A stretch of DNA of 62,927 nucleotides, counting the filler, from Octopus bimaculoides (lineage: Eukaryota), in NCBI RefSeq assembly GCF_001194135.2. It is 5 parts of 3 records of this genome, joined end to end, with 100 filler letters (N's around TTAATTAATTAA, not from the genome) between each part and the next. Parts side by side here need not be neighbours in the genome. Positions count along the whole stretch, not along the records: positions 22,366 to 45,249 come from NC_068983.1; positions 45,350 to 51,215 come from NC_068983.1; 3 more parts are not named here. The stretch is one strand, 5' to 3'. Below, one piece after another: positions 36,881 through 49,629 of the stretch. The number at the start of each line of letters is the position of its first letter. Positions within the stretch are counted from its first letter, which is position 1. The position numbers were made by a program, and so were the translations under genes. The notes under the pieces were generated by a model, which saw only the letters and a list, made by a program, of their open reading frames with translations, did no database searches and had not been told where the DNA came from.

Positions 36881-37361
36881 AGCGGTATTTCGGGATCTAG
36901 TTTTTTTTTTATTCGTAAAACATGCATTTTTTTAAAAGGAAGTAAAAAAAAAATCTGAAAACCGGCTATAATAATGTCACCTTTCAGTTTCATTGCTGTG
37001 AAGGTATGATGTTGTGGAGAAAAAAATTGGAGAAAACTGTTACAGAGGTTTAAAAATCGAAAAAACTGGGTATTTTTAGCGAATAGCGTTTAGCGGAACG
37101 GTGTCAACTTTAAGGCTGTACCCAGTGAAATTTATTGTTTAGAGTCTGACCTGTTCATTGTAGGTTTCTAAATAAACAGAAATACCCAATAAAATCAACA
37201 TGTATCATCTTACTGTTTCTTTTGTCTCTTCATTGATTGTATTTTTTAACCATTTTAGAAAATTTGTTATATTAATATATCTTTGCATGTGTTTACTTTA
37301 TGCGTACTTCAGTATTATGTATACGTGCCATGAAGCACATCATTAATATATAAGTTCATGT

Positions 37362-37686
37362 GTGGAGGTGCAATGGCCCAGTAGTTAGGGCAGCGGACTC
37401 GCGGTCGTAGGATCGTGGTTTCGATTCCCAGGCCGGGCGTTGTGAGTGTTTATTGAGCGAAAAGACTTAAAGCTCCGCGAGGATCCGGTAGGAGGTGGTG
37501 GTGAACCTTGCTGTACTCTTTCACCACAACTTTCTCTCACCCTTTCTTCCTGTTTCTGTTGTACTTATATTTCAGAGGGCCAGCCTTATCACACTCCCCG
37601 AGATGTCTGTGGAGTGCTCAGCCACTTGCACGTAAATTTCACGAGCAAGCTGTTTCGTTGATTGGATCAACTGGAACCTTCTTCGT
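37362..37686 (+). mobile_element. SINE family D, near full length
   Basis: TGGCCCAGTAGTTAGG A box, TTTCGATTCCC B box; 3' module TGTCTGTGGAGTGCTCAGCCACTTGCACG shared with family C. Confidence 0.85.
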
Positions 37687-37834
37687 CTTATACATACATA
37701 CATACATACATACATACATGCTATACATATGCATACATATATAAATACGCACACACACTGTCACATACTTACACACACACATATATACATGTTGCCTGTT
37801 TTAATCAATAGACAGCGGACATGCTAGGGCAATG

Positions 37835-38152
37835 CCTTGAGTCGAATAAATTAACCTCGATACCTTCTTTTTCTTTGAAGCTTGCTACATAATCTGTCGG
37901 TTTTATTTGTCGAACAGCTAATTTACGGGGCCGTAAAGAAACCAACACCGGTTGTCAAGCCGTGGGCGTGGGGACAAACACAGAGACAATGTCACACACA
38001 TATTGATATACGACGGGCTTCTTTCACTTTCCGCCTACCAAATCCACTCACAGGTCTTTGGTTAGCCCGGAGTTATAGTAGAAGACACTTGCCCAAGGTG
38101 CCGCATAGTGGGACTGGACCCGGAACCATGTGGTTGGGAAGCGAACTACTTA
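37835..38152 (-). mobile_element. SINE family A followed by a (CA)n tract into a gap
   Basis: Reverse-complement match. Confidence 0.85.
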
Positions 38153-39223
38153 CCACTCACACACACACACACACAGGCACACACACGCACACACACACAC
38201 GCACACACACACACACACACACGCACACACATGCATACATACTCATACATGCCCACACACACACATGCACACACACATACACACACATGTACANNNNNNN
38301 NNNNNNNNNNNNNNNNNNNNNNNNNNNNNNNNNNNNNNNNNNNNNNNNNNNNNNNNNNNNNNNNNNNNNNNNNNNNNNNNNNNNNNNNNNNNNNNNNNNN
38401 NNNNNNNNNNNNNNNNNNNNNNNNNNNNNNNNNNNNNNNNNNNNNNNNNNNNNNNNNNNNNNNNNNNNNNNNNNNNNNNNNNNNNNNNNNNNNNNNNNNN
38501 NNNNNNNNNNNNNNNNNNNNNNNNNNNNNNNNNNNNNNNNNNNNNNNNNNNNNNNNNNNNNNNNNNNNNNNNNNNNNNNNNNNNNNNNNNNNNNNNNNNN
38601 NNNNNNNNNNNNNNNNNNNNNNNNNNNNNNNNNNNNNNNNNNNNNNNNNNNNNNNNNNNNNNNNNNNNNNNNNNNNNNNNNNNNNNNNNNNNNNNNNNNN
38701 NNNNNNNNNNNNNNNNNNNNNNNNNNNNNNNNNNNNNNNNNNNNNNNNNNNNNNNNNNNNNNNNNNNNNNNNNNNNNNNNNNNNNNNNNNNNNNNNNNNN
38801 NNNNNNNNNNNNNNNNNNNNNNNNNNNNNNNNNNNNNNNNNNNNNNNNNNNNNNNNNNNNNNNNNNNNNNNNNNNNNNNNNNNNNNNNNNNNNNNNNNNN
38901 NNNNNNNNNNNNNNNNNNNNNNNNNNNNNNNNNNNNNNNNNNNNNNNNNNNNNNNNNNNNNNNNNNNNNNNNNNNNNNNNNNNNNNNNNNNNNNNNNNNN
39001 NNNNNNNNNNNNNNNNNNNNNNNNNNNNNNNNNNNNNNNNNNNNNNNNNNNNNNNNNNNNNNNNNNNNNNNNNNNNNNNNNNNNNNNNNNNNNNNNNNNN
39101 NNNNNNNNNNNNNNNNNNNNNNNNNNNNNNNNNNNNNNNNNNNNNNNNNNNNNNNNNNNNNNNNNNNNNNNNNNNNNNNNNNNNNNNNNNNNNNNNNAGA
39201 GAGAGAGAGAGAGAGAGAGAGAG

Positions 39224-39260
<37 letters not shown>

Positions 39261-39285
39261 GAGAGAGAGAGAGAGAAGGAGAGAG

Positions 39286-39328
<43 letters not shown>

Positions 39329-41090
39329 ACATAACTAATGAGTACAAAAATTACACACACATACACACGCAAAGCACTCACACATAGATATGTGTCTGTG
39401 TGTGTGTGTGTTATGTGTCAGTGTATGTATATAAGTGAGTGTATGTATGCATGTACGTATGTATGTATATATCTATGAATGCCTGCACAGGTGTGTGCAT
39501 ATATATATATATGAATGTATGTATGTATGTATATATGTATTTATATATACGTATGTGTGTTTGCGTACATGGAATCCTAATTATAGCTATATGTCTATAT
39601 ATATGAGAACATAAAAGTATGTATATGTACGCATGCATGTGCGTTTACATGCATATATTTGCATATATGTATGTATGTGTATATGTGAATGTGTGTGTGT
39701 GTGTGNNNNNNNNNNGTGTGTAGCCCCTTGTGGGTAGTAAAGAAATAACACACACACATACACGTGCGCGCGCGTTAGGGTAATAAATATGTCAATCCAA
39801 TCAATACATACAAACTACAGAAGATGTTTATCAATCACTGCTGCTACAACAGCAGCAGCAGCAGCAGCAGCAACGCTAGTCTTTGTGACTGACAGACGTT
39901 GTTCCGCCTCTTTCGACCTCCACTAACAGTGAGACGGGAGATGGAGGCAACATGACCCATTATAAGAATCGGACATTTGCGATGGGTCATTTCCTCGGGG
40001 ACCATTTAGATGGAATCTCAACACCCGGATACAAATTATAACAGAGACACACACCCAGCAATTGTTTTTTCCTTCTTGTATATTTTTTATTATTAGTTAT
40101 ATTTATTAGTTATATTATATATATATTTTTTTTTTATATTTATCTTTTCTATTTTAGTTCTGTATTTTAATTTTTTTAGCCTTATTTTTCTTTTACCAGG
40201 GTAAAGTGAATAGAATTACTGATTGAGAATGAGTTCGAAGAGAGAAAGAGAGAGAGAGGGAGAGAGTATGAGAGAGAGAGAGAGAGAGAGAGAGNNNNNN
40301 NNNNNNNNNNNNNNNNNNNNNNNNNNNNNNNNNNNNNNNNNNNNNNNNNNNNNNNNNNNNNNNNNNNNNNNNNNNNNNNNNNNNNNNNNNNNNNNNNNNN
40401 NNNNNNNNNNNNNNNNNNNNNNNNNNNNNNNNNNNNNNNNNNNNNNNNNNNNNNNNNNNNNNNNNNNNNNNNNNNNNNNNNNNNNNNNNNNNNNNNNNNN
40501 NNNNNNNNNNNNNNNNNNNNNNNNNNNNNNNNNNNNNNNNNNNNNNNNNNNNNNNNNNNNNNNNNNNNNNNNNNNNNNNNNNNNNNNNNNNNNNNNNNNN
40601 NNNNNNNNNNNNNNNNNNNNNNNNNNNNNNNNNNNNNNNNNNNNNNNNNNNNNNNNNNNNNNNNNNNNNNNNNNNNNNNNNNNNNNNNNNNNNNNNNNNN
40701 NNNNNNNNNNNNNNNNNNNNNNNNNNNNNNNNNNNNNNNNNNNNNNNNNNNNNNNNNNNNNNNNNNNNNNNNNNNNNNNNNNNNNNNNNNNNNNNNNNNN
40801 NNNNNNNNNNNNNNNNNNNNNNNNNNNNNNNNNNNNNNNNNNNNNNNNNNNNNNNNNNNNNNNNNNNNNNNNNNNNNNNNNNNNNNNNNNNNNNNNNNNN
40901 NNNNNNNNNNNNNNNNNNNNNNNNNNNNNNNNNNNNNNNNNNNNNNNNNNNNNNNNNNNNNNNNNNNNNNNNNNNNNNNNNNNNNNNNNNNNNNNNNNNN
41001 NNNNNNAGAACATAAAAGTATGTATATGTACGCATGCATGTGCGTTTACATGCATATATTTGCATATATGTATGTATGTGTATATGTGAA

Positions 41091-41122
<32 letters not shown>

Positions 41123-41363
41123 TGTATGCATGAATGTATGTATTTAGGTATGTATGTGTGTACGTATTAATGTATTATACTTATTTTCTTCGGTAAATCT
41201 TTGAAATATTCCTTTCGTGATACCCTGAAAGCCAGGAACTTTTCAGTACCACCTCGTATGTATGTATGTATGTATGTATGTATGTATGTATGTATGTATG
41301 TATGTATAGATTGCTTGTAGTGATGTACATATTTTATATATTAATATAAGTAGAACGTTTTAT

Positions 41364-41585
41364 AAGGCGGCGAGCTTGTAGAATCGTTAGCAAGCCGGGC
41401 AAAATGCTTAGCCGCATTTCGTCCGACTTTACGTTCTGAGGAGTCAAATGCAGCCGGGGTCAACTTTGCCTTTCGTCTTTTCGGGGTCGATAAAATAAGT
41501 ACCAGCTGAACACTGGAGTGGATATAATCGACTTATTCCATCCCCCGAAATTGCTGACCTTGTGCCAAAATTTGAAATCAATATA
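41364..41585 (+). mobile_element. SINE family B
   Basis: AAGGCGGCGAGCTTGTAGAATCGTTAGC...CCAAAATTTGAAATCAATA. Confidence 0.85.
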
Positions 41586-41612
41586 AGTAGAAGGTTTAAT
41601 AAAACCTACTTT

Positions 41613-41666
<54 letters not shown>

Positions 41667-42667
41667 TGAAGAATGAACAGGCAAGACATATGATATCACT
41701 TAAGGCATGTAATTTATAATTCAAACATAAATGTAGAATTGTTAGAGTAAATGAGAGGTAAGAATTTGTGCATAAAGTCCCTTACAGCTGTTTCTAGAAT
41801 AGCTGTGCATATCTCATTGAGCAAAAATTTCCATATAAAAGCTATTTCGTCTTTAGAGAGAAAAGATTAAGGAATATCCATAATAAAGGATATTAGTTGA
41901 TACAAGATCCATCTTCGATACATGTGTGCGCGTGTGTATATGCATGTGTGTCGAAAGAGGGAGAATGGGAAGAGAGGGAGAATTGAAGAAAACGAAAGAA
42001 CTATTCATGTCAGTAAGAAAGAGCTGGGAGTCTATTTATCATATTTACCTCCCAAATACTGAATTTAGAAATCGCTAAAGATCAAACTTCTGTTTCATAC
42101 GAACATACTTGATAGATATTAAGCAAAACACTTTTCTCTATTTTGTTCTAAATTTCTTAATTTCAAAGCAATTTATCAAGAATATTTCTTTGCAAGGTGT
42201 GCTAATAATTTATTGTAAGACTTCCAGTGCACAAGGAAGTCAAAAATACTGCGAACCACTGGTAGTAAGAATGAGTAGTTTGATCGCGGGAAGTGTGACG
42301 AAATTTTTTGACATATCATAATAGAGTGTACTATTAAGAAAAAAGCGAGAAGTAAATGCAATAGTTATATATGTTAAGGTTTGGGGGCTTGAAAAATAAT
42401 TATCCTTTTTTTAAAATTTGACTGAAATACACACACACACACACACGGGCTGACACTCAGTGATATTGACAGACGGATAGACAACGTAAAATACTATACA
42501 AAAACTAGACCGGAAAAAAAAACAAGAAGAAATGAGAGAGACTGAGAGAGAGCGAGAGAAAAAGTGAGAGAAAGAGTGATAGACAGACAGACAGAGAAAA
42601 GTGAGGCAGAAAACGAAAAGTGTAAAGGGAAAGAGAATAAAGAAAACAAACAAAATCATGAAATTGA

Positions 42668-42737
<70 letters not shown>

Positions 42738-43005
42738 NNNNNNNNNNNNNNNNNNNNNNNNNNNNNNNNNNNNNNNNNNNNNNNNNNNNNNNNNNNNNNN
42801 NNNNNNNNNNNNNNNNNNNNNNNNNNNNNNNNNNNNNNNNNNNNNNNNNNNNNNNNNNNNNNNNNNNNNNNNNNNNNNNNNNNNNNNNNNNNNNNNNNNN
42901 AACGGTCATCGCCGTAAATCATTTGAGTTCCAGTCGAGAGGAAATAATTCGTTACACTAAGGTCCGTAAATTTGCATAACAAAAAACAAGAATTACACTA
43001 CAATG

Positions 43006-43084
<79 letters not shown>

Positions 43085-43157
43085 CAGTCAATGAAATTTG
43101 ATAAAAATCTTAAAAGGTGAACCAATAAAGTAAAAAAAAATTTTAATATTTATTTGT

Positions 43158-43575
43158 GAGCGGCTGTGTGGTAAGTAACTTGCTTACCAACCACATGGTT
43201 CCGGGTTCAATCCCACTGCGTGGCATCTTGGGCAAGTGTCTTCTACTATAGCCTCGGGCCGACCAAAGCCTTGTGAGTGGATTTGGTAGACGGAAACTGA
43301 AAGAAGCCCGTCGTATATATGTATATATATGTGTGTGTGTGTATGTTTGTGTGTCTGTATTTATCCCCCCAACATCGCTTGACGACCGATGCTGGTGTGT
43401 TTACGTCTCTGTAACTTAGCGGTTCGGCAAAAAAGACCGACAGAACAAGTACTAGGCTTCCAAAGAATAAGTTCTGGGGTCGATTTGTTCGACTAAAGGC
43501 GGTGCTCCAGCATGGCCACAGTCAAATGACTGAAGCAAGTAAAAGAGTTAAGAGTAATAAAGAGTAAAGAGTAAG
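43158..43575 (+). mobile_element. SINE family A, full length with (AAGAGT)n tail
   Basis: Complete head GGCTGTGTGGTAAG..GGTTCAATCCC, body and tail. Confidence 0.92.
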
Positions 43576-43805
43576 TTGTAATGTTGTACTCATATTGTTT
43601 CTACTTCATTATTGTTGTTGTTGTTGTTATCTTTATTATTGTATGTTGCCTTTGTAATCGTTGTAATTCTGTTTCTAGTCCCAAGCCACTCCCATTCCTA
43701 CCGACCCGGAAAAAATGGCAATATACATAATGCGTCGCGTGGATTAAGTGTCTATTACCATCTGATTATCACAATGATAATAATAACAATAACAGCCACA
43801 ACAGC

Positions 43806-43840
<35 letters not shown>

Positions 43841-44366
43841 GCCATTTGCCACTGTTCTCCGGCGACTGAAAGAGAAAAGGGTAACATTTGTAAATTCTTA
43901 TTTATGCTTGTTTTTCACCAAACACAACACCGTTATTACCACAATCACCACCATCTCTACTACAACAACTATCATGCCGCCGCCGCCACCATCACCGTCA
44001 CCATTACGTCTCTCTCAATAACAACCCATGTGTGAAGAGTCAACAGAAATACAATTGTAATTTTTCACATGAGCCGTGAGACAGATTCGTAAAGTCAGCA
44101 GACTTCTCGTTAGCGTTTCAAATTTGCGAGGCGTTTAACTAGTTGACACGTGTTCCATCCTCGTCGTCGGCCATTAGCGACAATAAATAAACAGACAAGC
44201 AAATAAATAAATAATAAACAAATAAATAAATAAATAATAAATAAAAGCTATTCCCTTTATATGGCGAAATCAATGAAGGAATTGACACATGAACCTATGA
44301 CGGTGACTTAATGTACCTATGTACGTGTTTGTGTGTTTGTGTGTATGTGTGTATGTTTGTGTGTGT

Positions 44367-44408
<42 letters not shown>

Positions 44409-44551
44409 AGATGGATAGATAAATTCAGAGAATCAAACATACATATACTTAAATGCAAACATACATACATACATACATACACATACATACATACATACAT
44501 GTATGTATACATACATACATACATATACGTATACATACAAAAAGAGGGGTA

Positions 44552-44598
<47 letters not shown>

Positions 44599-45095
44599 GA
44601 GAGAGATAGAGAGAGAGAGAGAGAAAGAGAAAGAGAGAGATGTGTTTGATATCTTCCCTTTCCCCTTAGTTCTTGTCCATAAAGGGCCGCCCTCTAAGAA
44701 GGAAACAACAAAATCCGCTCATTAGGTTTATAGAAAACCAATACAACAATATTATAAAGTCACGTGTCGAACCACAGAAAATGGATGTCCACTCTTTTGA
44801 CCCACTTTTAAAATTTACATAATTTAGTATAAAATGTGGTTTTTCATTGTATTTTCCGTTCCTGAGAATCTGAACTTCCCATTCACTGACGTAACGTAGG
44901 CCACCGCTTATCATTATAAGAAATATATATATAAGAACTCTATTAAAAATACAGAAGCTGCAATTTCTATAGTAACTGACCATAAATATTTTCCTTTCCA
45001 TTGATTCTGCATGAGATATTCCCATGAGCTGGACAGCTGACTTCTTCAAATAATACTTATGATGTGGTATCAAAAAGTACCCGGATTAGTTATCA

Positions 45096-45249
45096 TCTAT
45101 ATATATAAAAATGAGAATGTGTGTCTGTCTGTCTGTCTGTCTGTCTGTGTCTGTCTGTCTGTGTGAATCCCTAAAACTCGAGAACTACGCAACCAATTTC
45201 ATTCAAATTTTACAGATGCCTTACTTAGGGTTCCAGTTGTGTTTTAGTC
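45096..45249 (+). mobile_element. Non-autonomous Helitron 5' end, cut at an artificial spacer
   Basis: A|TCTATATATATAAAAATGAGAATGTG-(TCTG)n; matches 22380-22719. Confidence 0.78.
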
Positions 45250-45349
45250 NNNNNNNNNNNNNNNNNNNNNNNNNNNNNNNNNNNNNNNNNNNNTTAATTA
45301 ATTAANNNNNNNNNNNNNNNNNNNNNNNNNNNNNNNNNNNNNNNNNNNN

Positions 45350-45386
<37 letters not shown>

Positions 45387-45711
45387 CTGATATGACGTAA
45401 TATGTCACATGCGTTTGTATATTGTTATTATCGTCCTTTTAATAAACAAATAAGCAAGTAAACTGACACAATACAATGTCTGCAAGTTGAGGAATACCAC
45501 CTATAAATCCCTCCATTTTCTTACTACTATATAAATTAATGGTAAAATATCTTTTTACCCGCACCCATTTATTTCACTTGGTAATGCAATGAAAAAACAC
45601 TAGTGTATTAATAATTGGATATTCTTCCAGCAGTATATTGGATAGATATTATCCCTTAGTGGGTTGGATTCACAACCCCTAACTTTCTTGGACATATATT
45701 ATATATATATA

Positions 45712-45860
45712 TACGACGGGCTTTTAATTTCCGTCTACCAAATCCACTTACAAGGCTTTGGTTGGCCCGAGGCAATAGTAGAAGACACTTGCCCAAGGTG
45801 CCACAAAGTGGGACAGAGAAGAACCCGGTTGGTAAGCAAGCTACTTACCACAGAGCCACT
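45712..45860 (-). mobile_element. SINE family A head
   Basis: Reverse-complement 5' half. Confidence 0.8.
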
Positions 45861-46328
45861 CGTGCGCCTATCTGTATATAGTTGTTTGTTTGTATAAATA
45901 TACTTAAGTAACAAAGCCGACTTTTGCTTACTAAAGTTTTCCACTCGCAATCTGTTAGTAATTGAACTTTTATATATTTTTATATATATATGGGATTATC
46001 ATATGTTACAAAAGAGATACACTTAAACCACATGTTTTCTCTATTATCATATATTGCATACACATTGACAGCTCACCTACACAAGTGGATTAACAGTGAG
46101 CTGAGAGTAGGGTGCGTACATATTCTTTAATAATTTCTTCTGTGGCTGGTCTCAATCATTGTTGTGCGGATGTAAGATATTGTCTTTGCGGGCTCTTTAG
46201 TAGATAGTATCGACTTCAGAACATATTCCACTCTGGTACGTATTTTATTGATTCTGCCTCCCTGTCTCTCTCCCTCTCTTTCTCACTCGCTCATACACAA
46301 GCACGCACGAGCACCCCGCCAACACGAA

Positions 46329-46375
<47 letters not shown>

Positions 46376-47536
46376 AAACACATACACACATATACACGCG
46401 CGCGCGCATGCTCGCCAAGCATGCAGGCACGCACGCATAAACAAGCATACACACAGTGTATGTATGTATATATGTATGTATGTATGTTTGTATGAATGTA
46501 TGTATGCATGTATATATATATATATATCTACTACGTATCTCGCCTTACCCCTCTTGTTCTTCCTCTGTTACTACTACGTATCTCTTTTTTCCCCCTCGTA
46601 TTTCCTCTTTTTCTTTTTTCCTCTCGTTGCTCACCATTCTTCTACTTCCTCCCTCTCTTTCTCCCTCTACCACTCTCTCTCTTCCCTTTACACCGGCATG
46701 GTCACATGCTTCCGGTCAATAATCCTTTCCTTCCTTGGCTTTCGCCAAGTAACACACGCCACCACTTTGTCTCTCTCGGTTCCGTGCCTCATCGCGTTCA
46801 TACACACATAATTTTTCTCGTCTGGCCGTAAAGCCTTTTCTGTTTGTTTTCCTGTCTTGTTTTTTGTCCGCCACTACATTCCTCCATGGCTAGATTTAAT
46901 TTNNNNNNNNNNNNNNNNNNNNNNNNNNNNNNNNNNNNNNNNNNNNNNNNNNNNNNNNNNNNNNNNNNNNNNNNNNNNNNNNNNNNNNNNNNNNNNNNNN
47001 NNNNNNNNNNNNNNNNNNNNNNNNNNNNNNNNNNNNNNNNNNNNNNNNNNNNNNNNNNNNNNNNNNNNNNNNNNNNNNNNNNNNNNNNNNNNNNNNNNNN
47101 NNNNNNNNNNNNNNNNNNNNNNNNNNNNNNNNNNNNNNNNNNNNNNNNNNNNNNNNNNNNNNNNNNNNNNNNNNNNNNNNNNNNNNNNNNNNNNNNNNNN
47201 NNNNNNNNNNNNNNNNNNNNNNNNNNNNNNNNNNNNNNNNNNNNNNNNNNNNNNNNNNNNNNNNNNNNNNNNNNNNNNNNNNNNNNNNNNNNNNNNNNNN
47301 NNNNNNNNNNNNNNNNNNNNNNNNNNNNNNNNNNNNNNNNNNNNNNNNNNNNNNNNNNNNNNNNNNNNNNNNNNNNNNNNNNNNNNNNNNNNNNNNNNNN
47401 NNNNNNNNNNNNNNNNNNNNNNNNNNNNNNNNNNNNNNNNNNNNNNNNNNNNNNNNNNNNNNNNNNNNNNNNNNNNNNNNNNNNNNNNNNNNNNNNNNNN
47501 NNNNNNNNNNNNNNNNNNNNNNNNNNNNNNNNNNNN

Positions 47537-47582
<46 letters not shown>

Positions 47583-48559
47583 GCATACACACACACACAT
47601 ACACACACACACACACACATACATACCTCTATATTATCGTTACATATATAAATGTGTATGCGTGTATGCATGTGTATGAGTGTGTGTGTTTTATCATGAG
47701 TATGTATGTTTTAGTCATCTCCAAATATGTATGAATGTGTCTGTATGCTTAAGAAAACGTAAATGATAAATCAGCTTCGTATACAGTAAAGCATCTGTGT
47801 AAGTTGAACAACAGAGAATCTGTGGAACAATTTATAATGATTGTCAGAAAGAAACTCCCCGCTGCTTTCTATCTACCTCCTGTGGATTACATAAACACTT
47901 TATGGCAACGTGTTCCTTTTGATGTGCGACACATGATACCAATTTGTTACGAACAATTGTCTAAACTGTGCTTCAGCCAAAAATAATGAGTTGCCGGTGA
48001 TAGGTTTTTCAAACATCTCTGTTTGGGTGGGTTGTCTTGTTCTGATGTAGCAACCAAAACATTTCGGCTTTTGTACTTTCTTAGATATATATACAAAATA
48101 GAATTACATTTCCTTATGAATGGGATATAATAGCATGTAATTAACTTCTAAGAGGAAAGGTCTTTAGAGCGAGTGTCATTGACTCGCACAAATTCGTGCG
48201 TCATTAATGGGTCCATAATTAGTCTTCGTCTACGATATTAAACTCTCAACAGACTCATCGGTTATGCTATTATGATTAATATCTTCCCACCGCGGTCGGT
48301 TTTGCATTTCGTTTTCTCAATATCGTTGAAATGTATATCAGCTATGTACTGTGAACGCCTGTATGCTCAATTCCCTCCTCGAATATGTCTGGCCGCATGT
48401 TATATATCATTTCTAGAATTAATAAAATTAATGTGCGGTAAAAGGAGCATGGCTAGGCAAATCGCTATGATTAAAGGCGTTCCAGCTATAATCAATTCTA
48501 CTTTATTATAGTAGTATATCTTAGTTTACATCATCTAATGCGTCTTTCATTATTTTCAG

Positions 48560-48580
48560 TTGCTAGTGTAGAATTTGAAG
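48560..48580 (+). other. Candidate 21-nt microexon (phase 1, xASVEFE)
   Basis: CTAAT branch point, TGC, TTTCATTATTTTCAG acceptor, GAAG|GTAACA donor; its 3' end overlaps old repeat E. Confidence 0.3.
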
Positions 48581-48708
48581 GTAACACAGCTGCTATTTCT
48601 CGCAGATTTAGTTACTGCATAGAGGTTCCAATGTTGACTTGTTTTACTAAATGTATTTGTGTTTTCTAATACAAACCGTTATTCTTCTTTCCTTTGCTAT
48701 TATTATAG

Positions 48709-48723
48709 CTGCCTTAAGCTTCG
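48709..48723 (+). other. Candidate 15-nt microexon (phase 1, xALSF)
   Basis: CTAAT about 40 nt upstream, TTCTTCTTTCCTTTGCTATTATTATAG acceptor, TCG|GTAAGA donor. Confidence 0.35.
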
Positions 48724-48936
48724 GTAAGAAGCACAACTGACCATTGTTGACCAAGAGAACACTGGAATATGTTTCACTGTTTCGCTAGCTTGCAGTAATC
48801 AGCTCATAGCTTCCAAAGAATAAGATATCTGCAGGTGGCAGATTGACACTGGTATGTATGCATATATGCATGTCTGTGTGTGTATGTGTGCGTGCGTGTG
48901 CATACATATATACACACATATATATGTATGCATGTA

Positions 48937-48980
<44 letters not shown>

Positions 48981-49629
48981 CACGCATATACATACATACA
49001 CGCATATCGCAGCTGTTTGATGAATGCCATCCTAAGAGTTGCTGCGAATGTAACAATAACAGTGGTGATAAGGCGAGGAATATGGAAAAGTCATTACTTC
49101 AAGATTCTGTGGTGAGGGCACTCATACAACCATGTAAACAAATGCAAACACCTACGCATGTATACACTTGCATATACGCACAAACACACAAAGCGAAATA
49201 TCAGTTCAATCATTTTTTTTCTTTTTAACTTATTATACATTTTACATCCTTACGTCTCAGAAATCTATGAATATTCCCTCCTGGGACATCTGCAGCAGAA
49301 ACCTAAACTATGTACCACACTACATACTGATGAATAATGTATCTGGTTTACTTTTGCGGAATGAGAACCAGGTTTCTTCAGGATGTGGTGACGGATTTCT
49401 CTTCACCTATGATTGTTCACTTGAAAACAAGAAACTTCTGTTTGTCATCTTCGTCTCCGGATGTTTTCATCTGTATAAACCGTTTCTCAGGTTTCGACTC
49501 TGAACATAAGAATAGTTAGATTAATGTAGACACTCAGATATTCAAGTGAATAGGATAGATGGTAAGCAGCCGAGAGTTCGTGGGGGTTGGTTTACAAGCA
49601 ACAGCTCAGTTTTATTGTTTGAGAGGAGG

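Noticed and set aside
40150-40210. Long T-rich tract ending ACCAG-G-GTAAAG as a 1-nt microexon
   Set aside because: Lies in AT-rich low complexity within a probably misassembled region; not frame-preserving and unsupported.
44666-45073. 135-aa minus-strand ORF
   Set aside because: No domain motif, hydrophobic AT-biased composition, and its start overlaps a mariner-like terminal remnant.
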